From assembly GCF_009914755.1 (NCBI RefSeq), contig NC_060930.1: DNA of 64,000 bases; one strand, written 5' to 3'. A program made the translations under genes and the position numbers. Below the pieces are notes generated by a model. That model saw nothing but the letters and a program-made list of their open reading frames with translations, searched no databases and was not told the DNA's origin. Numbering within the stretch: the stretch's first letter is position 1; every line of letters starts with the position of its first letter. Shown here piece by piece: positions 45,410 to 59,619 of this stretch. Origin of the DNA: the human T2T-CHM13v2.0 reference genome, Homo sapiens.

Positions 45410-46085
45410 GTAAGTATTTATTTAACAAACTATTCCAAGACTTACTACTTTCAGACACTGGGCTGAGAACTAATAATAAGGGATTTGGTGTTAAAAGTCA
45501 TAGCCCTGGGATGTGCATTTTATTGCAGTGTAAAAACAAATAAATTAATAGCTATTGTACAATATCATTATATGCTTTGATAGAAATGTGAGGAGAGTTA
45601 TCAGAGCACATAGGAGGAATGCCTCAAACAGCTGGGGAATGAGGAACTTGAGGAAAATTGGGGAAGATAACTTGGTCAGGCCTATTTGAACTGAAACTTG
45701 AGGTAGAAATAAGACTCATGTAAGAAGTTCCAAAGCAGGTAAGATAAAGAAGTTTGAAGGGAAATTTGAAATGAAAGGGTATTTCTGGTAGTGTGTGCAA
45801 GGCAATGATGGTTGAGAGAGCAAAGTATATTCAAGTATCTTCAAACCCTTTAATATGCATGACAAATAGAAAGAATGAGGAATCAGAATCAGGAGACAGA
45901 ACCCAGACCTAAACTTTACTCCAGAAAAAGCAGCATAGACTTTATTCTCAAAGTTATGAAGATCACTGAAGGCAAGAAACATAAGAAACCCCAAATTATA
46001 AATGGTCAGTTTAGGATTTTAGGAGACTAACATATGATCAGTTTTCCATTGTAGAAAAATTAATCTGTAGTTTCATGGAAAGGGC
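45410..46085 (-). mobile_element. L2 remnant
   Basis: 'atttatttaacaaactatt...cagacactgggctgagaac', 'atttgaactgaaacttgagg', 'atatgatcagttttccattgtagaaaaattaatctg'. Confidence 0.6.
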
Positions 46086-46214
46086 TCTAATACTTTGTGA
46101 TTACAAAGATTGCTGTTTCTCCATTTTTTTCAGGCCTTTTATCTAGAAATTCCAAAATAACTGATAGATTTATCCTGGTGTGTTAGTTCAATTAATAGTC
46201 ATTAAGAAATAAGC

Positions 46215-46555
<341 letters not shown>

Positions 46556-49500
46556 TCAAATTCTCAAAAATCCTCAGAAGATAAATAGCTTTCTCCTAAC
46601 TACACTGAATCTCCTTGACTTCTACATAATTAATACAAACAGCAATGTAAACCCAAGTCCAAAGTCAGATTCTCACACTTCATTATACCCAGACTGGTTT
46701 CTGGAATATACAAATAAGACCATGGTCACATAGCCTGAAATATGGAGGTTTTAAAAACATGAACCCATTTATAATTTGGTATTCCTCACCATATTTCTGG
46801 CTCTCTTAAGTTTTTTCTCTATGTTACACTCTTTGATGTCTTAAATTTACTTAAGGACATGCTTCATACAGTACCGTTTCAAGAATTTATTATTTGAACT
46901 CCTTTATTTTTCCAGTGACAACAGCATTCCCTGGTCACTCCCTTGTGAACACACACATTAATACATACTTAAAATCTTAGAATGGAAACCAGGTGGAAAT
47001 TGTTCAGTAACATTAAATGTTGATAACTTAATAAGCTATATTGAGAGACAGAGGCTTACTCAAACTAAAAGATTATTCCACTGATCCATACAGAGGTCAG
47101 ACTATTCATGAACCAAAATTCTGGTGAAAAGGTTAAATTGATGCTTTATATTTGATCTTTCAAAAGCCCTTGCTTATTTAAGATGTAGTGGGATTTATAT
47201 ATGAGTTGATAATGCATTCGTTTTCAAACCTTAAATAGGTTACTTATTGAGCATGGTAGATATAATGTGCTTTTCATCAATATACTGTATGACAAATCTG
47301 CAGTATTTTACCATTTACTTTAAAATCAGCAAAGCAAGCAAAATACACTTATAATAGGTTATGTAGTCAGCATTGGCCTTCCAAACTGGTCAGAGATTGA
47401 ATATGTCACTCTAGTAGGGATTAAATAAAATGAACATAAACTCAGGCTCTACATTCAGTATCTGTTGCAAAGTTTCTGAAGTAACCTTGTCAATAGCTTT
47501 TATCTGTGATAATTACAAAAAGCCATATATTTATCCACAATTAGTGCAACAATTAAGCAAGTAAGAAACTGAGTTTGAACTTGAAATTTTAATGTGGTAC
47601 ATTCTATTGAAAATTCAGTTCTTAAAATATATAATTAAAAATGAAGCAATATGAAGTAATAATATGAAGTAAGTTGTGGTTTAAAAAACCTATTGCCTTG
47701 ATAGTTTTGGTTATTTTATTAAATGTAGTTTTATTCTAAGGTGAAAAGTTTGGAGAGTTTGGTTGAAAACATTGTATTTGCTATGAAAACAACCTGAAAT
47801 TAACTGCCCAGTTAATTCTTCATCAATGAGAACATCAGTTTTTCTATTTTCAGGAGAGAAAACATTTTCAAAAATAGGTAGGCTTTTAATTTATTTTGCT
47901 TTTATCATCCAGGAGTTTGCATTTAAAATAGAATAAACTCATTCTGGGAAAAACTATATCTCTGACTATTTCAAATTAATATCTTCTATTTAAATCAATT
48001 ATTTAATTAAGAGCTATCAATTAAGAAATACTCTACAACATTTCTACTTAATGTTATAACCAATTACATCAGCATTCAGTAAGATATGGATTGCTATTAA
48101 AGGGTTAACAAAGGTACATTGATGAATACTGGCTTCATGATTTTTATCTCTACTATGTTACAAATATAAAGAGGAAAAAATAAGTCAAATAACTGTTTTC
48201 TCTTCTCAGTTACTTATTTTATTTTACTTTAATTCTCAGTGAATTTCACATACTGTGAAATGTCAAAAGTAACTTTAGATTGTTTCATGTAGTAATGATA
48301 TAGTTAAGAAGCTCCTTTAAATAAATGTGTCAAGTTTCATTCATCTTAGATCCAGATGATATGAGAAAACTTCACATTCTCATGTGGAATGATGGGTGGA
48401 AGAAAAATTACTCATTCCAATTGCACTGATGGTTAACACAGATGAGGGTCAGAATCTCGGATTTTAGCTAAAATAGATTCCTACAATAAAAAAGAGAAGT
48501 GGGCATAATAAAAATATTAAAATAAAATACTCCTAATAATCATCAATGATTTCTGTCCTAACCACAAGTTATTATAATGCGTGTACATAATATCAATAAT
48601 GTTAATGAAATTTTACCAGTTTAAATTTCAAGCAAGAAGTTTGCAATTTAAAAATTGCTACATAAAACAATATTTTTCAAAAGACATCAAATTTCTGTAT
48701 CCAAAATGAGTTTAGAATTATAGTAAGACTTAATGATGAAAAGTGGACCCCCAAAATCTTAATTTATTCTCTACCTCTCATAAAAAAAGGTTCCCTATAT
48801 TTTTCTTCTCTAAAATTTGATCTTTAGGAGATTATAGGTAATACACTCAGCTAGAAAGAGCACCATCTCCCAGTGATTTAAAGGACTTTTTTCTACACGG
48901 AGCCATGAAAGATAGCGTCTGGTAGAACTTTAATGTCCTGTTATTAGGGAACTACTGATTCATTAGGAATTCTAATGCCGTAATGCATTTGTCTCATGTT
49001 TCATTGACCAAACCTACTGTCTTCCTGTCTGCTGCTTCAGGGCCAGTTTAGGCAACAGATGAGACAGCAATGTAGTCGTATGCCAGTAAGGTAGTTTTTA
49101 AATTAGAAAAGTGAAGAGACATGCTCTGAATTCATTGCCTTATTTTTTCACATAGAAGGAGCAGTGATGGTAACCCAGAAAAATAAAGGCTGATTTATAC
49201 ATTAACATCTCATTCAAAACATTCACCCCAGACCAATTAGGGGCCTTTCTCCTACCTCCAGGGCCACCTTTGCTCAGATCAGTGTGAAACTCTCAAAGGA
49301 GATCTGTATCCATTGTCTATCCATCAATCCCTTTCTTTCTCAGGGAGTGAGCCAATGTAAGTAGAAAGTGTTTCCTGGAATATCCTCAAGGATACAAATC
49401 ATTTAGCAAAGATAATAAGCAATGTATCCACTAAGGATGATGGCATGGCCAAAGAATCGGACCTAAAAGAGATAATTCTATTAGCTTAAAAACTGTAAAA

Positions 49501-49929
49501 AGAAAAACCCATTTCTCTTTTTCTTATAAGACACATAGAAATGCTGGCTACTTGAAATTTGACAGAGCCATGACCAGTAGGATTACTATACGACTGCTGA
49601 TTTTTATGCTTTTAAAAATTTATACATCTAACACTTGACATTTAAAATAGCACAAATTTTTTAAATGACCATTTATGAAATATTTCATAGAGTAAACTCA
49701 GTTGTTTGCTGAGCTCTTATCAGCTAATGAGGGTAAATTACTAAATTTTCAGGAATTTTGGTTATTTCAAATGACCATTATTAAAAATTAAATTATTTAA
49801 GCCTATAATTAGGAGACTATATTAAAATCTAAGGCAATAAATATAACTTATTACTTCCAAACTGTCTTACTGCATTTTACTATGCTCTTTAGTTTATTTT
49901 CAACCATAGTATTTGTGATGGTAGAAACA

Positions 49930-50111
49930 CTATGTAATGGTCTGCTACTGTGAATCTCTTCTCAAGTGCTCATTTGATGACTCTACATTAGTGGCTGTAA
50001 CTGGCCATGCTAGGACTATGTGGATGATGGAAATCAGCAAAGACTATGAATAAGGCTTTTTTTTTTTTTTCTTCTGGAGAGCCAGGTATTAAACATTTAC
50101 CAGCACACCAT
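49930..50111. mobile_element. MER63-like hAT DNA transposon remnant
   Basis: Terminus 'ggagagccaggtattaaacatttaccagcacacca' resembles the MER63 end as I recall it. Confidence 0.55.
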
Positions 50112-52482
50112 GGATTATAAATTCTATGGTGAAGAAACCAACTGACAAGACCTTCTGTGTGGGAAAGAAGGGTAAGGTCAAAGGATTACTAACAATAACA
50201 GAGGAAGGTCTGGACTGCTATGGTAGAGTCTCTCAAACTTGAGAAAATAGCACATACATGTGTATAATTTTGTAAACTGAAATGCAAAATACTTTTTATC
50301 TACTATTATAGTAGGACTAAAATGAAGGATGGAAATAAGAGAAACAAAAATTCCATGTAGTTTCTCTAAGTATTCCTAAATATTTTAATAAATGTGAGAT
50401 TATTATAATTTTGATTTATTTGAATTTAAAAATATATTATTCTGTTGGAAATACTGGATGTGCTATAAACCTATTTAAGGCCTGTTTATGGTTATAGTGG
50501 TACCGGTTATTTTTTTCCCCAGGTCAGCAGTATTTGGTCTTTTATTTACACTGAGTTATGTAACAGATTTAGATATGAAGCAAGATCAGAAATACGAGAC
50601 TGTGATAAGGTTTATGATTTTAAAAATAAGAGGTATCTTCAGTTCACAAAGCCGTGTCCTTAACATACTCAATAATACTACTTAATGCAATTAGACATGG
50701 CTATAATCCATTATATACTGCTTATACTATTCCTTTATTGGAATGCTACTGGTTTAATAAGTTTTAGTTTAAGTTAACCTAGAGTGGATATACACAGCAA
50801 ACTTAAAGATGAATTTTAAGTACTTAGAACAAATCTATATATTTTTTCTTTATCCATGGGCATTACAGAAGAATCAGTTTGTTTCATGTGAGAAGGTACA
50901 TTTTTTTCTAGGGAAGAGATATGGTTTTAATGGACTAAATTTGTTGTTGATGTGAAGTTATTTAGACATAGTGCAGATAATGGAAATATTTATGACCTTC
51001 ATAAAATGTTGTTCTTCCAAACAATAAAAGCCTTGTTGAATTTTAAAAATATATATGTATTTATTGTTAAAAGTTAAAACCTGACCATTTTTACCTTCTT
51101 GTGGGTACTAGAAACATTAACATTCTCTAAGACAGAATTATACATTTTACATAAGAATAGTATCCTGAAAGATAATTATTGTGTTAGAATATTTTGATAC
51201 TCTGTTTTTATAATTTGATACTAGGATATATATATTTCATTACTTACTAAGTATATCTATTCCTAAGATTTTAATAATTCTGAAATGGTTCTGGTTTTCT
51301 ATTAGGGAAAAACCTGGTCAATCGACCTCTAATAGAAAAAATGTCATCTCTAAGAGAGCATATATAAAATGCCTTCCTTTCCTGTAAAAAATACCATTCC
51401 ATATGTTTAATGTTTTTACATTCTTCAATTAGAATAGAGTGAAATTTTTCACTTCTAAAAAAAAAAAAATATTTCCTATGACCAAATATCCTCCTTACTG
51501 AATGTGAACCTTTAATTTGAAACTTTAAAAAATCTATTTTATTACATGCAAGAAGTTGAGTTTCATGCCTAAAATGATGCTCACATTACCAGAGCATTTT
51601 TAATTTAAACTGATGATCCTATGCTGTAGAGAAAGTACTATAAATTTTTAATTATGAATACGAATCCATGTAACCTGTTTGTACAGAAAAGAGCTAATGC
51701 TTCTTTTGTTATTGTTTTTAACTAGCAAGAAGAAATGGAATAAATCATGTGACTGCTTCACAAATAGATTATTTGCATTTTTGGCTTGTAAAAATAAGAG
51801 TCATATACCATTTTGTTTTTATGAACTAACTTTGTATATATAGATTTAAGTATAAATTGCTGAGAACAAAATAATCAACTTCATAGTACATCATATTAAA
51901 TCACTGTATCTTGTAGAAATAGTATACAATCATGCTTAGTATTTAATTCCTTCAGGATAATTATTTAAATCACTTATAAAACCTGTTCTTATGTATAGAA
52001 CAAACTTTTGATGTTAAGCCACAATCTAGTAGTTATAAGATGGTACTGTGCAAATTGGCCAAAAGGTATCCCTTTCTCCTGACAAATAAAAGAATGGAGG
52101 AAATAAAGAAAATAAATCACAATTAAAATGGAATGAACAAAAAACATCTTAACAGAAGTTTTAGTATAAAAATGCTTTTTTTCAACTTATAATTAGGACC
52201 TATGTTACATTTCTATTCATCATGCATATTATTTTGGCGTTAATATATATTAGGACCACTAATGCCTGATAACAAACGCTGTAGTTTACTCTGGCTTCAA
52301 AACACACCTCAGCAATTTTCTGAGAAACAGAGAAGTATGCACACCCCTCTGGGAAAAAAAAAAAAAGCCAAGGGAATATTAGTTGTAGATTAAAAGGATG
52401 ATGGTAGACCATCTTTACTGAATATTTTGGATGGTACTAGTTGCTAATATTTAGAATAAATAGCATATGAGATATATTAAAA

Positions 52483-52531
52483 CTGCAGTAGGCGTGTAAA
52501 AAGACAATACAATTTTTGTTTGAAAATGTCT
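52483..52531 (+). repeat. 49-bp dispersed duplication, copy 1
   Basis: ctgcagtaggcgtgtaaaaagacaatacaatttttgtttgaaaatgtct, 47/49 identical to 57451-57499. Confidence 0.93.
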
Positions 52532-53899
52532 TTAAATGATCTGGTTTTTTTTTTCCAGTTTAAAACTAGGAAGTTTTTATGCATTCTTGTGTTTTTCTAT
52601 AAAGGATCCTGTGGAGATCATCAAAATGCCATTGTACTTAAATCTAGTCTTCTTATTCAGTCATACTATGTCCATTGTTGCCGTTAATATTTTTCCTTAT
52701 TAATGACTTGGAATTCAGACTCACACTATTCTGTTACCATTGGACAGGTGAGGCAAAAGAACAGAATTCTATTTGTAAATGCATCTAATGTAATCTGAAA
52801 TTATTATAAAGAAAGTAAAGAAAAAGCACATGACATTCTTATACAGAAATATTAATGTAGTGAAATATATTTACTTTGTTACCTAAGATGTGACAGTAGT
52901 CCCTAATCTATAAGAATAATCTCCTCTGCTGTAGCAGCAAATAAAAAGAAAGATGCATATTATAGATTTTTTGATTATCAGGATATCACTCTGCTATAAT
53001 ATATCATGCTTCATTGTGACACATTCCCCCATTTGTCACTTTCTGTCATGTTACTGTATCTCAAAAGACACAACATTGCCCAACCATTTTTTTAGTGTAG
53101 CAAATGGATCCCAAATATTTGACATTGAAAGCAGAACACTTTAAAAAACCAGGTAGTTTTAGACAAAAGCTATTTAAATGAGTATTTCAAAAAGTGGATA
53201 CCAGAGAAAGTGGTTATTTAAATGTATATTTGTAAAGCTCAAAAATCTAGTAAAAACAAATATTTCCTTTACTTGTAAGCACTTTATTCTTAAACTGTGA
53301 AAGCTCTTTTCCTTCCCATTTGATGGTACTCTTAGAAAAGGATTAAATTTCTATTTTTGTTTCCTGCCAAAAAAGCAGGTTTAATTTTTATCAGTATTAT
53401 AATACTGAAGTAGTCAAACTGCTTTCTTCAGCTTTTATATTCAAGCATTTCAAGTTAATGTTTTAAAATTGTCCTTTGAAGAAATACACAAACATATGCA
53501 CACGTGTTAAATACTTAGGACTCCATGTTAGATTTCAGGCAATAGAAGGCACAAGAAATACAAAGCCATCAGCCATCTTGCTGACACTGCTACTGAGGGT
53601 TGGTGCTATCAGGAACAGTAAGCGTCTGACAACATTCCAGACACATCTAGATAGAATAAAATGGAAATGCTTACCTAAAAAGAAATAAATTGTCATTCAT
53701 CTACTTTCTCATATAACCCTGTCCCATGAATCTTTTTGTACAGATGAAGAGGATCCCCTAGAATCAATGGGTGTCTCAAACTAATTTGAAAAAATATTTT
53801 GAACTTAACCACATAATTCAGTCTGTTGGTAATTTTTGAAACTATTTGAGTCAGGACCAAGGAGAGCTCCCAGATTTTGTTCTCTCAGATAAGCCTTGC

Positions 53900-54040
53900 A
53901 CTAACAGTGGTGAGAGCTCACATAAAGCCCTATGTTAAGGGCATTGCATAGATTATTTTATTATTTAAACCTCACAGCATTATTGTGAGGTAGCCATCAT
54001 GATTTTTTTGTAGATGGGTACTTAGGCTCAGAGGGTTATC
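53900..54040 (-). mobile_element. MIR remnant
   Basis: 'ttatttaaacctcacagcattattgtgaggtag...tttgtagatgggtacttaggctcagagggtta'. Confidence 0.6.
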
Positions 54041-55149
54041 AGGGGTTGATTTTATAGCTTCTGCTTTGGAGCTCGCTCATCCCTGAGAAACACCACCGTA
54101 TAACTTGCTATTTGTATTGTTTTTTATAAATAACATGATATTTATGTTAAATATGTTAACATGTCATGTTTACATTATGTTAATATAACAAATATTTACG
54201 TTAAATAACAAAGTGTTAACTTTTCAATACTATTTCCTATCAATTTGGGATAGAACATTTTTTCATTTTTCACTTATGATGTGGCTAATACGTATTGTAT
54301 GTAAGATATTTTGGTGAGTTTGTCAGAAAGAAAATTTTGTTTTGCCTGTGACCCGTTAATATTTGCAATATCCAGCTCCATTAAAAGTCATTCCCCTGTT
54401 TGAGACCTTCAGTCCCTCCCCATTGCACATAAAGTAGGTTCAAACACCGGCAGGATCTGGCCTAACCTACCTTCCCAACTGAATCTACCACTCCTCATTT
54501 CTATTAATCTAATACTAGGCTTTTGCCCTTCAATTGTAAAAGCATGAAATATTTTTGTCTCACTGTCCTTGTTTAGGTGGTTACTCTCAGCTGGGAAAGA
54601 CTGCTTTCCCATCTTCAGCTGTAGAAAATCATCCTCAAGCTCAAACTTTGCCTACTTCCAAAACCTTTTTCTACTTCTACCATCAGAATTTATCTTTCCC
54701 TCCATTACTCTCCAATAATGATAGAAGTTTTACTGCCATCCCAAGACCTATGTTCTAGGCTTGTTGCTTAAATGCATTATTGCTACAAAATATGCAGATA
54801 AACTTCTATTGAACATCTGTGTCCATAGTCTTTTTGCTTCAATTAAATCATAAATCATGCATTGTCTATTGCTTATTTCTATGTCTGTCATTTCTTTGTT
54901 ATATTATAAATTCCTTGATGTCTTCCATCTGATTCATCTTTTTATTCCTCCATGAAACCTAGCATAATTCCTCACATTGAATTAAATGGAAGCAGATATT
55001 TAAAGCCAACATAAAATGTTTTGAAATAGTTCTTATGTTTTAATTAAAATCTCATTAAGTCTTAAGGTAACCACATGTTAATGGTTACAAAAATCAGAGA
55101 AATTATTTCTCTCTCATATTTCAACTTTCTGCCTCTTATGTGGATCTTT

Positions 55150-56500
55150 TATTTATATATTCTTTGTATAATGCTCATTTAACTTTAAAACACACTGAAA
55201 ACCCTCTATATCCCAACACACTCCTGTCCTTCTCTGAGAAACACTTACACACTCCATTGATTTGAATCAGGTCTAGATGTTTTACTCCAAGAGTTATAAT
55301 CAGCTATGAGACTCATTTACCTTTTGTAAGTGGGATTTTTTGAGGTTGATACGTGGTTTTTTTTTTTTGATATATGTATCCTGTCTTCTTTTTAATGTAT
55401 TCATTTTTACATATTTTTCTTATTTTTATTTACAAAAGAACACATAAATGAATTCTAATTAGTAATGTTCTTGATTCTTCTTTCTCAAACATTATTTTCA
55501 TTGCTACTCCCTTCAATTTCATATGGTCATTCAGTCCATTTTTTCTGCTTATAAATGTATTTCTATGTACTTATAAAGGTAAAATTTTGATTTTTTGTGT
55601 TTAATTTTGTATGTTAAAATACATTGTGTATATATTTTGGAGTGTGCTGTGTTTTTCTGACTTAAAAGACACATGAGCAAACATATATTCTCTTCAACTT
55701 TTTACCTGTTGCATAGTTTTCCAGACTAATGCTGTATCATATGACATTTAAGAATTCATTGCCTATAGATGAATGTTTATATGTATTTTTAATTATAAAA
55801 ATGGATCAATATTCTTGTACATGGCTTTTTGTGCACAAGTACTTCTCTAAAATAGATATCTAAACACAGAATTTGGGGATAAATAGATATATTTTAAATT
55901 TTAATAGATATTACCAAATTAGCCCCTGAAAGACCTGCATATATTTTTATTCCCACTGAGAGTAAATAAGATGATGCATTTTCTGTGCATCTTTTTCATC
56001 ACTGGCTATTATCAGTGTTTTTAGGTTTTGATATTCTATTTGACCACTATTTAATTTCAGGATATTCATTTACACTTTCCTGAGTACTAGTGAGGGTGAA
56101 GATAATTTTATATGTTTGTCATCATTTTTATTCATTTTTTATGAATTTACTGTTTACATAATTTTAGATATTTCTATAATGTTTTAATTGTAGGAGGTAT
56201 TTCTATATTTTGGAAATTAATTTTTTATTATATACCTTAAAGTATTTCTCAGATGCTTGTCTTTTTATTATATCTGCATTGCCATTGGTATGTTGGATAA
56301 CTGGGTTTATTGACATATTTATGGCATCTTGATTCTTTGTTTTGCCTTCAAAAGCCTCCCTTTCCCAAGAATGTAAGCTTATGCTAATATATTTTGTTCT
56401 AATAATACTGTACTTTCATCATCTTATATGTAGCTCTTTAATGTATATCAAAATTTGTGTGGATATGGATTAAGCATGCAACTTCACTTTTTTCAAATGC
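55150..56500 (-). mobile_element. Ancient L1ME-like fragment
   Basis: T-rich, with minus-strand L1 ORF2/3' phrases ('aatattcttgtacatggctttttgtgcaca', 'tttaatagatattaccaaatt', 'ctagtgagggtgaagataattttatatgtttg'). Confidence 0.6.
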
Positions 56501-57294
56501 CTCTTAATTTTTAAAAAATTAAGCCAAGTGGATAAATTAGACCTATTAAAACTATAAAAATGAAGTCATTGAGCACAATCACAACACGCTTTTGCAAGCA
56601 AAATGCAACTCTTGGGCCAATAAAATATAACTGTCCCCTGTTGATAGCTTGCTATTTTTACAATAGTTACTAAGATAGCTTGAACTCCAAATCTTTCTTC
56701 TCCAGGGTAAATCTTTTTTCCTTAAGTACATCTTTTGGGAGGTCATCTAAAGAAATGTGGACAAATATAAAGTCCAAAAGGAGACTGGGTCCCTGTCATG
56801 CTCACACATCTGGTATACTCAGAAACAGGAGTCAATTCTAGGAATATCGCCTTCTGCAAAACAGAAGTTACAGGGGCTTCTCAGGTTGAGGAGATAATGG
56901 TAGGTGCTGGTAGGGACAGGAACAGCATAGATGATAAGCTTCTATACCAAGAACAAAGAGAGTGGGATATAAGGTGTCAAAGAGGTCCAAGAAGTAAGCA
57001 GAACAGAGATGTGCTTGACTCCAGTCAAATATACAAAACACTTAAGTAAAGATTTCATCACAGACCTTCTCTACCTGTAATTATTCCTTAGGCACTGTTT
57101 CTAACCACCAGTTCATGTTGGAAGTACGCATTTTCTATGTATAGAGGAAATGCAAACAGTGGCTTCTGACATTAATTCAAGGAGTTATTTCTAGACCTTG
57201 CAATTTCTACAAGAAGATGAAAAAGAAAATCTAGACTGGAAGCTTGTATACCTTTTTGTCTTGGTAAGCAAAACACATAAGCAGGGGACGGGAA

Positions 57295-57450
57295 AGGTAA
57301 TTAATATAATGCTTATTATATGCTAATTGTTTTCTTCTTTTGAAAAAATTTTGACAATAACTTTTTCATGTAGGTGCTATTATCCTTCTTTTAGAGATGA
57401 GAAAACAGGTTCAGAATGGCCACAGAGTGATAGAGTCAGGATTCTGGAAC
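57295..57450 (-). mobile_element. MIR remnant interrupted by the 49-bp duplicated segment
   Basis: 'gtaggtgctattatccttcttttagagatgagaaaacaggttcaga...cacagagtgatagagtcaggattctggaac'. Confidence 0.65.
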
Positions 57451-57499
57451 CTGCAGTAGGCATGTAAAAAGACAATACAATTTTTGTTTGAAAGTGTCT
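57451..57499 (+). repeat. 49-bp dispersed duplication, copy 2
   Basis: ctgcagtaggcatgtaaaaagacaatacaatttttgtttgaaagtgtct. Confidence 0.93.
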
Positions 57500-57671
57500 G
57501 GTTTGGATTACTCTGCCCTACCAACTGTGGAAGGGAAGTGGACACAAAGCAACCTCCATTCTCTACCATCTCCACCAGGATTTCCCTCTAGCTGCCTTTA
57601 TCCAAATGGCAGCCACCCAAATCACCCATTTTGCTGATTTCACATATTACACTTTTAAAAAGACATTGCTC

Positions 57672-58121
57672 TATTCACAATAGCAAAGACTTGGAACCAA
57701 CCCAAATGCCCATCAGTGATACACTGGATAAAGAAAATGTGGCACATATACACCATGGAATACTATGCAACCATTAAAAAGGATGAGTTCATGTCCTTTG
57801 CAGGGATATGGATGAAGCTGGAAATCATCATTCTCAGCAAACTAACACAGGAACAGAAAACCAAACCCTGCAACTTCTCACTCATAAGTGGGAGTTGAAC
57901 AATGAGAACACATGGACACAGGGAAGGGAACATCACCCACCAGGGCCTGTCGGGGGTGGGGGGCTAGGGAAGGGATAGCATTGGGAGAAATGTCTAATGT
58001 AGATGATGGGTTGATGGGTGCAGCAGACTGCCATGGCAAATGTATACCTATGTGACAAACCTGCATGTTCTGCACATGTATCCCAGAATTTAAAGTATAA
58101 TAATAATAATAAAGATTTAAA
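57672..58121 (+). mobile_element. L1PA7-like 3' fragment
   Basis: ORF2 C-terminus WIKKMWHIYTMEYYATIKKDEFMSFAGIWMKLE, G-rich 3'UTR and (AAT)n tail. TSD aaaaagacattgctc (57657-57671) / aaagagacattgctc (58122-58136). Confidence 0.9.
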
Positions 58122-58322
58122 AAAGAGACATTGCTCAGTAAAGAAGTGTTTGTACCCCTCAGTTCATGTTTTACATTGGATATTACACTGATTCACAAAC
58201 CAGAATTCTTGTGTGGCAGCCTTCCTTAACAAAACCAACTCATTCTAAGAAGATAAGTTTGTTTCACTTCAAACACTAGTGTTAAAATGACTTAGCAGAT
58301 GGGAAAATGGGGAAAAAATTAA

Positions 58323-58452
58323 CGCCTTTATGCCAGAGGTTGCAATTTTTTGAATTTTTGCGATCAGACCTTGGTGAAGACCTTAAGCAGTAGGATATAA
58401 ATAACTCTTACATGCTTAGTCTTCCAATAATGGAACACTAGACATAAATATC
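58323..58452 (-). mobile_element. MER85 piggyBac (PGBD3-derived) MITE
   Basis: TTAA at 58319-58322. Degenerate TIRs 'cgcctttatgcc' and 'gacataaat'. Body 'ggttgcaattttttgaatttttgcgatcagaccttgg...cagtaggatataaataactc...catgcttag' and internal palindrome cttccaataatggaac at 58421-58436. Confidence 0.88.
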
Positions 58453-59254
58453 TAAAATGATTTTCCCAGCACCACCAAGATTAGAATTCCCCTTCCAGTT
58501 AAAAAACCAATATTCAGAAATCATTCACCTGCAGAGGCACCACATCTACTTATAGCAGTTTGCTTTCCATGGATTTGCAATAGGAAAACAAAATCTCTCG
58601 GGTTCTTGGAAAACCCTATATAATATTTTATAGAAGCAAAATGTCAGTGCCCATTAGCTCAAGCAATAAAACTCCCTCTCATAGAAACTGGCTGTGTTTT
58701 TAAGCACGATTCATCATCATAAAGCATTGAGAGTCACTTTGGTCATTTTTTTTCAGGCAGAGAACAGGTCAGTGTTGTTTTTTGTTGTCCTAGGAGTCAC
58801 TCATCAAACTTTCATAGAATCACAAACCATTTTATTTATATTCAGAGGGCTTACTGTTGTAGGTATTCATATGCTGCAAATAAAACCCAATGGAAGTACA
58901 TTTGGAAACTGAGTTTTAGGGAATACCTGGCTTAATTTTTAAAGAAAAGAAAAGCATCATCATTCTTTCCATTCTTTTTATTCATATGTGTATTTTGTTT
59001 GGACTTCAGGTGCAAAGGGTAGAATTGATCACAATTATCTATGGTTCATAATTGACATTGATTCATTCAAAGCTTTATCTTGCTTCATTCATTTATTTAC
59101 TCCTTTTACCCCTATTTCCCATTCCCATTCCCTTTCATGGGCAAACATTCAAATATATTTTCATTTGTAAACTTTCGTTTGTGTGTGTATTATTCACTGT
59201 GTGGGTTTTATTTCACTATTTTAAAGTTATATATTTATATTTGCTCTTATGGCA

Positions 59255-59606
59255 TGTCTTAGTTCAGGCTGTTAAAATACAATCAATACCACAGACTAGG
59301 TGGCATATACACCAAAAATTTATTCTCGAAGTTCTGGAGGCTGGGAAGTCTAAGATCAAGGTACAAGCAGATCTGGTGTCTGGTGAGGACCTGTTTTCTG
59401 GTTTTCAGATAGCTGTCTTCTTGTATCCTCACATTGCATTGTGCAGAAAGAGAGAAAAAAGCAAGTTCTCTGGTGTCTCTTTTTTATAAGGCTCTACCCT
59501 TATGACCTAATCACCTCCCAAAGACCTCACCTACAAATATCATCACCTTGGGGATTAGACTTTCAGTATATGAATTTGGGAGAACACAAACGTTCTGTCC
59601 ATAGCA
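59255..59606 (-). mobile_element. MLT1A-like MaLR solo LTR
   Basis: 'tgtcttagttcaggctg' through 'gttctggaggctgggaagtctaagatcaagg' to 'tgaatttgggagaacacaaacgttctgtccatagca'. 5-bp TSD tggca (59250-59254) / tggta (59607-59611). Confidence 0.85.
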
Positions 59607-59619
59607 TGGTAGTTTCCCC

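Noticed and set aside
47820-47885. Possible micro-exon (ttttctattttcag|GAGAGAAAACATTTTCAAAAATAG|gtaggc)
   Set aside because: The splice-like flanks are plausible, but such matches are common by chance in AT-rich DNA and no partner exons are identifiable. RNA-seq junction reads would be needed.
58323-58452. Possible snRNA/snoRNA-like structured RNA
   Set aside because: Better explained as MER85: TTAA site, terminal inverted repeats and the internal palindrome.
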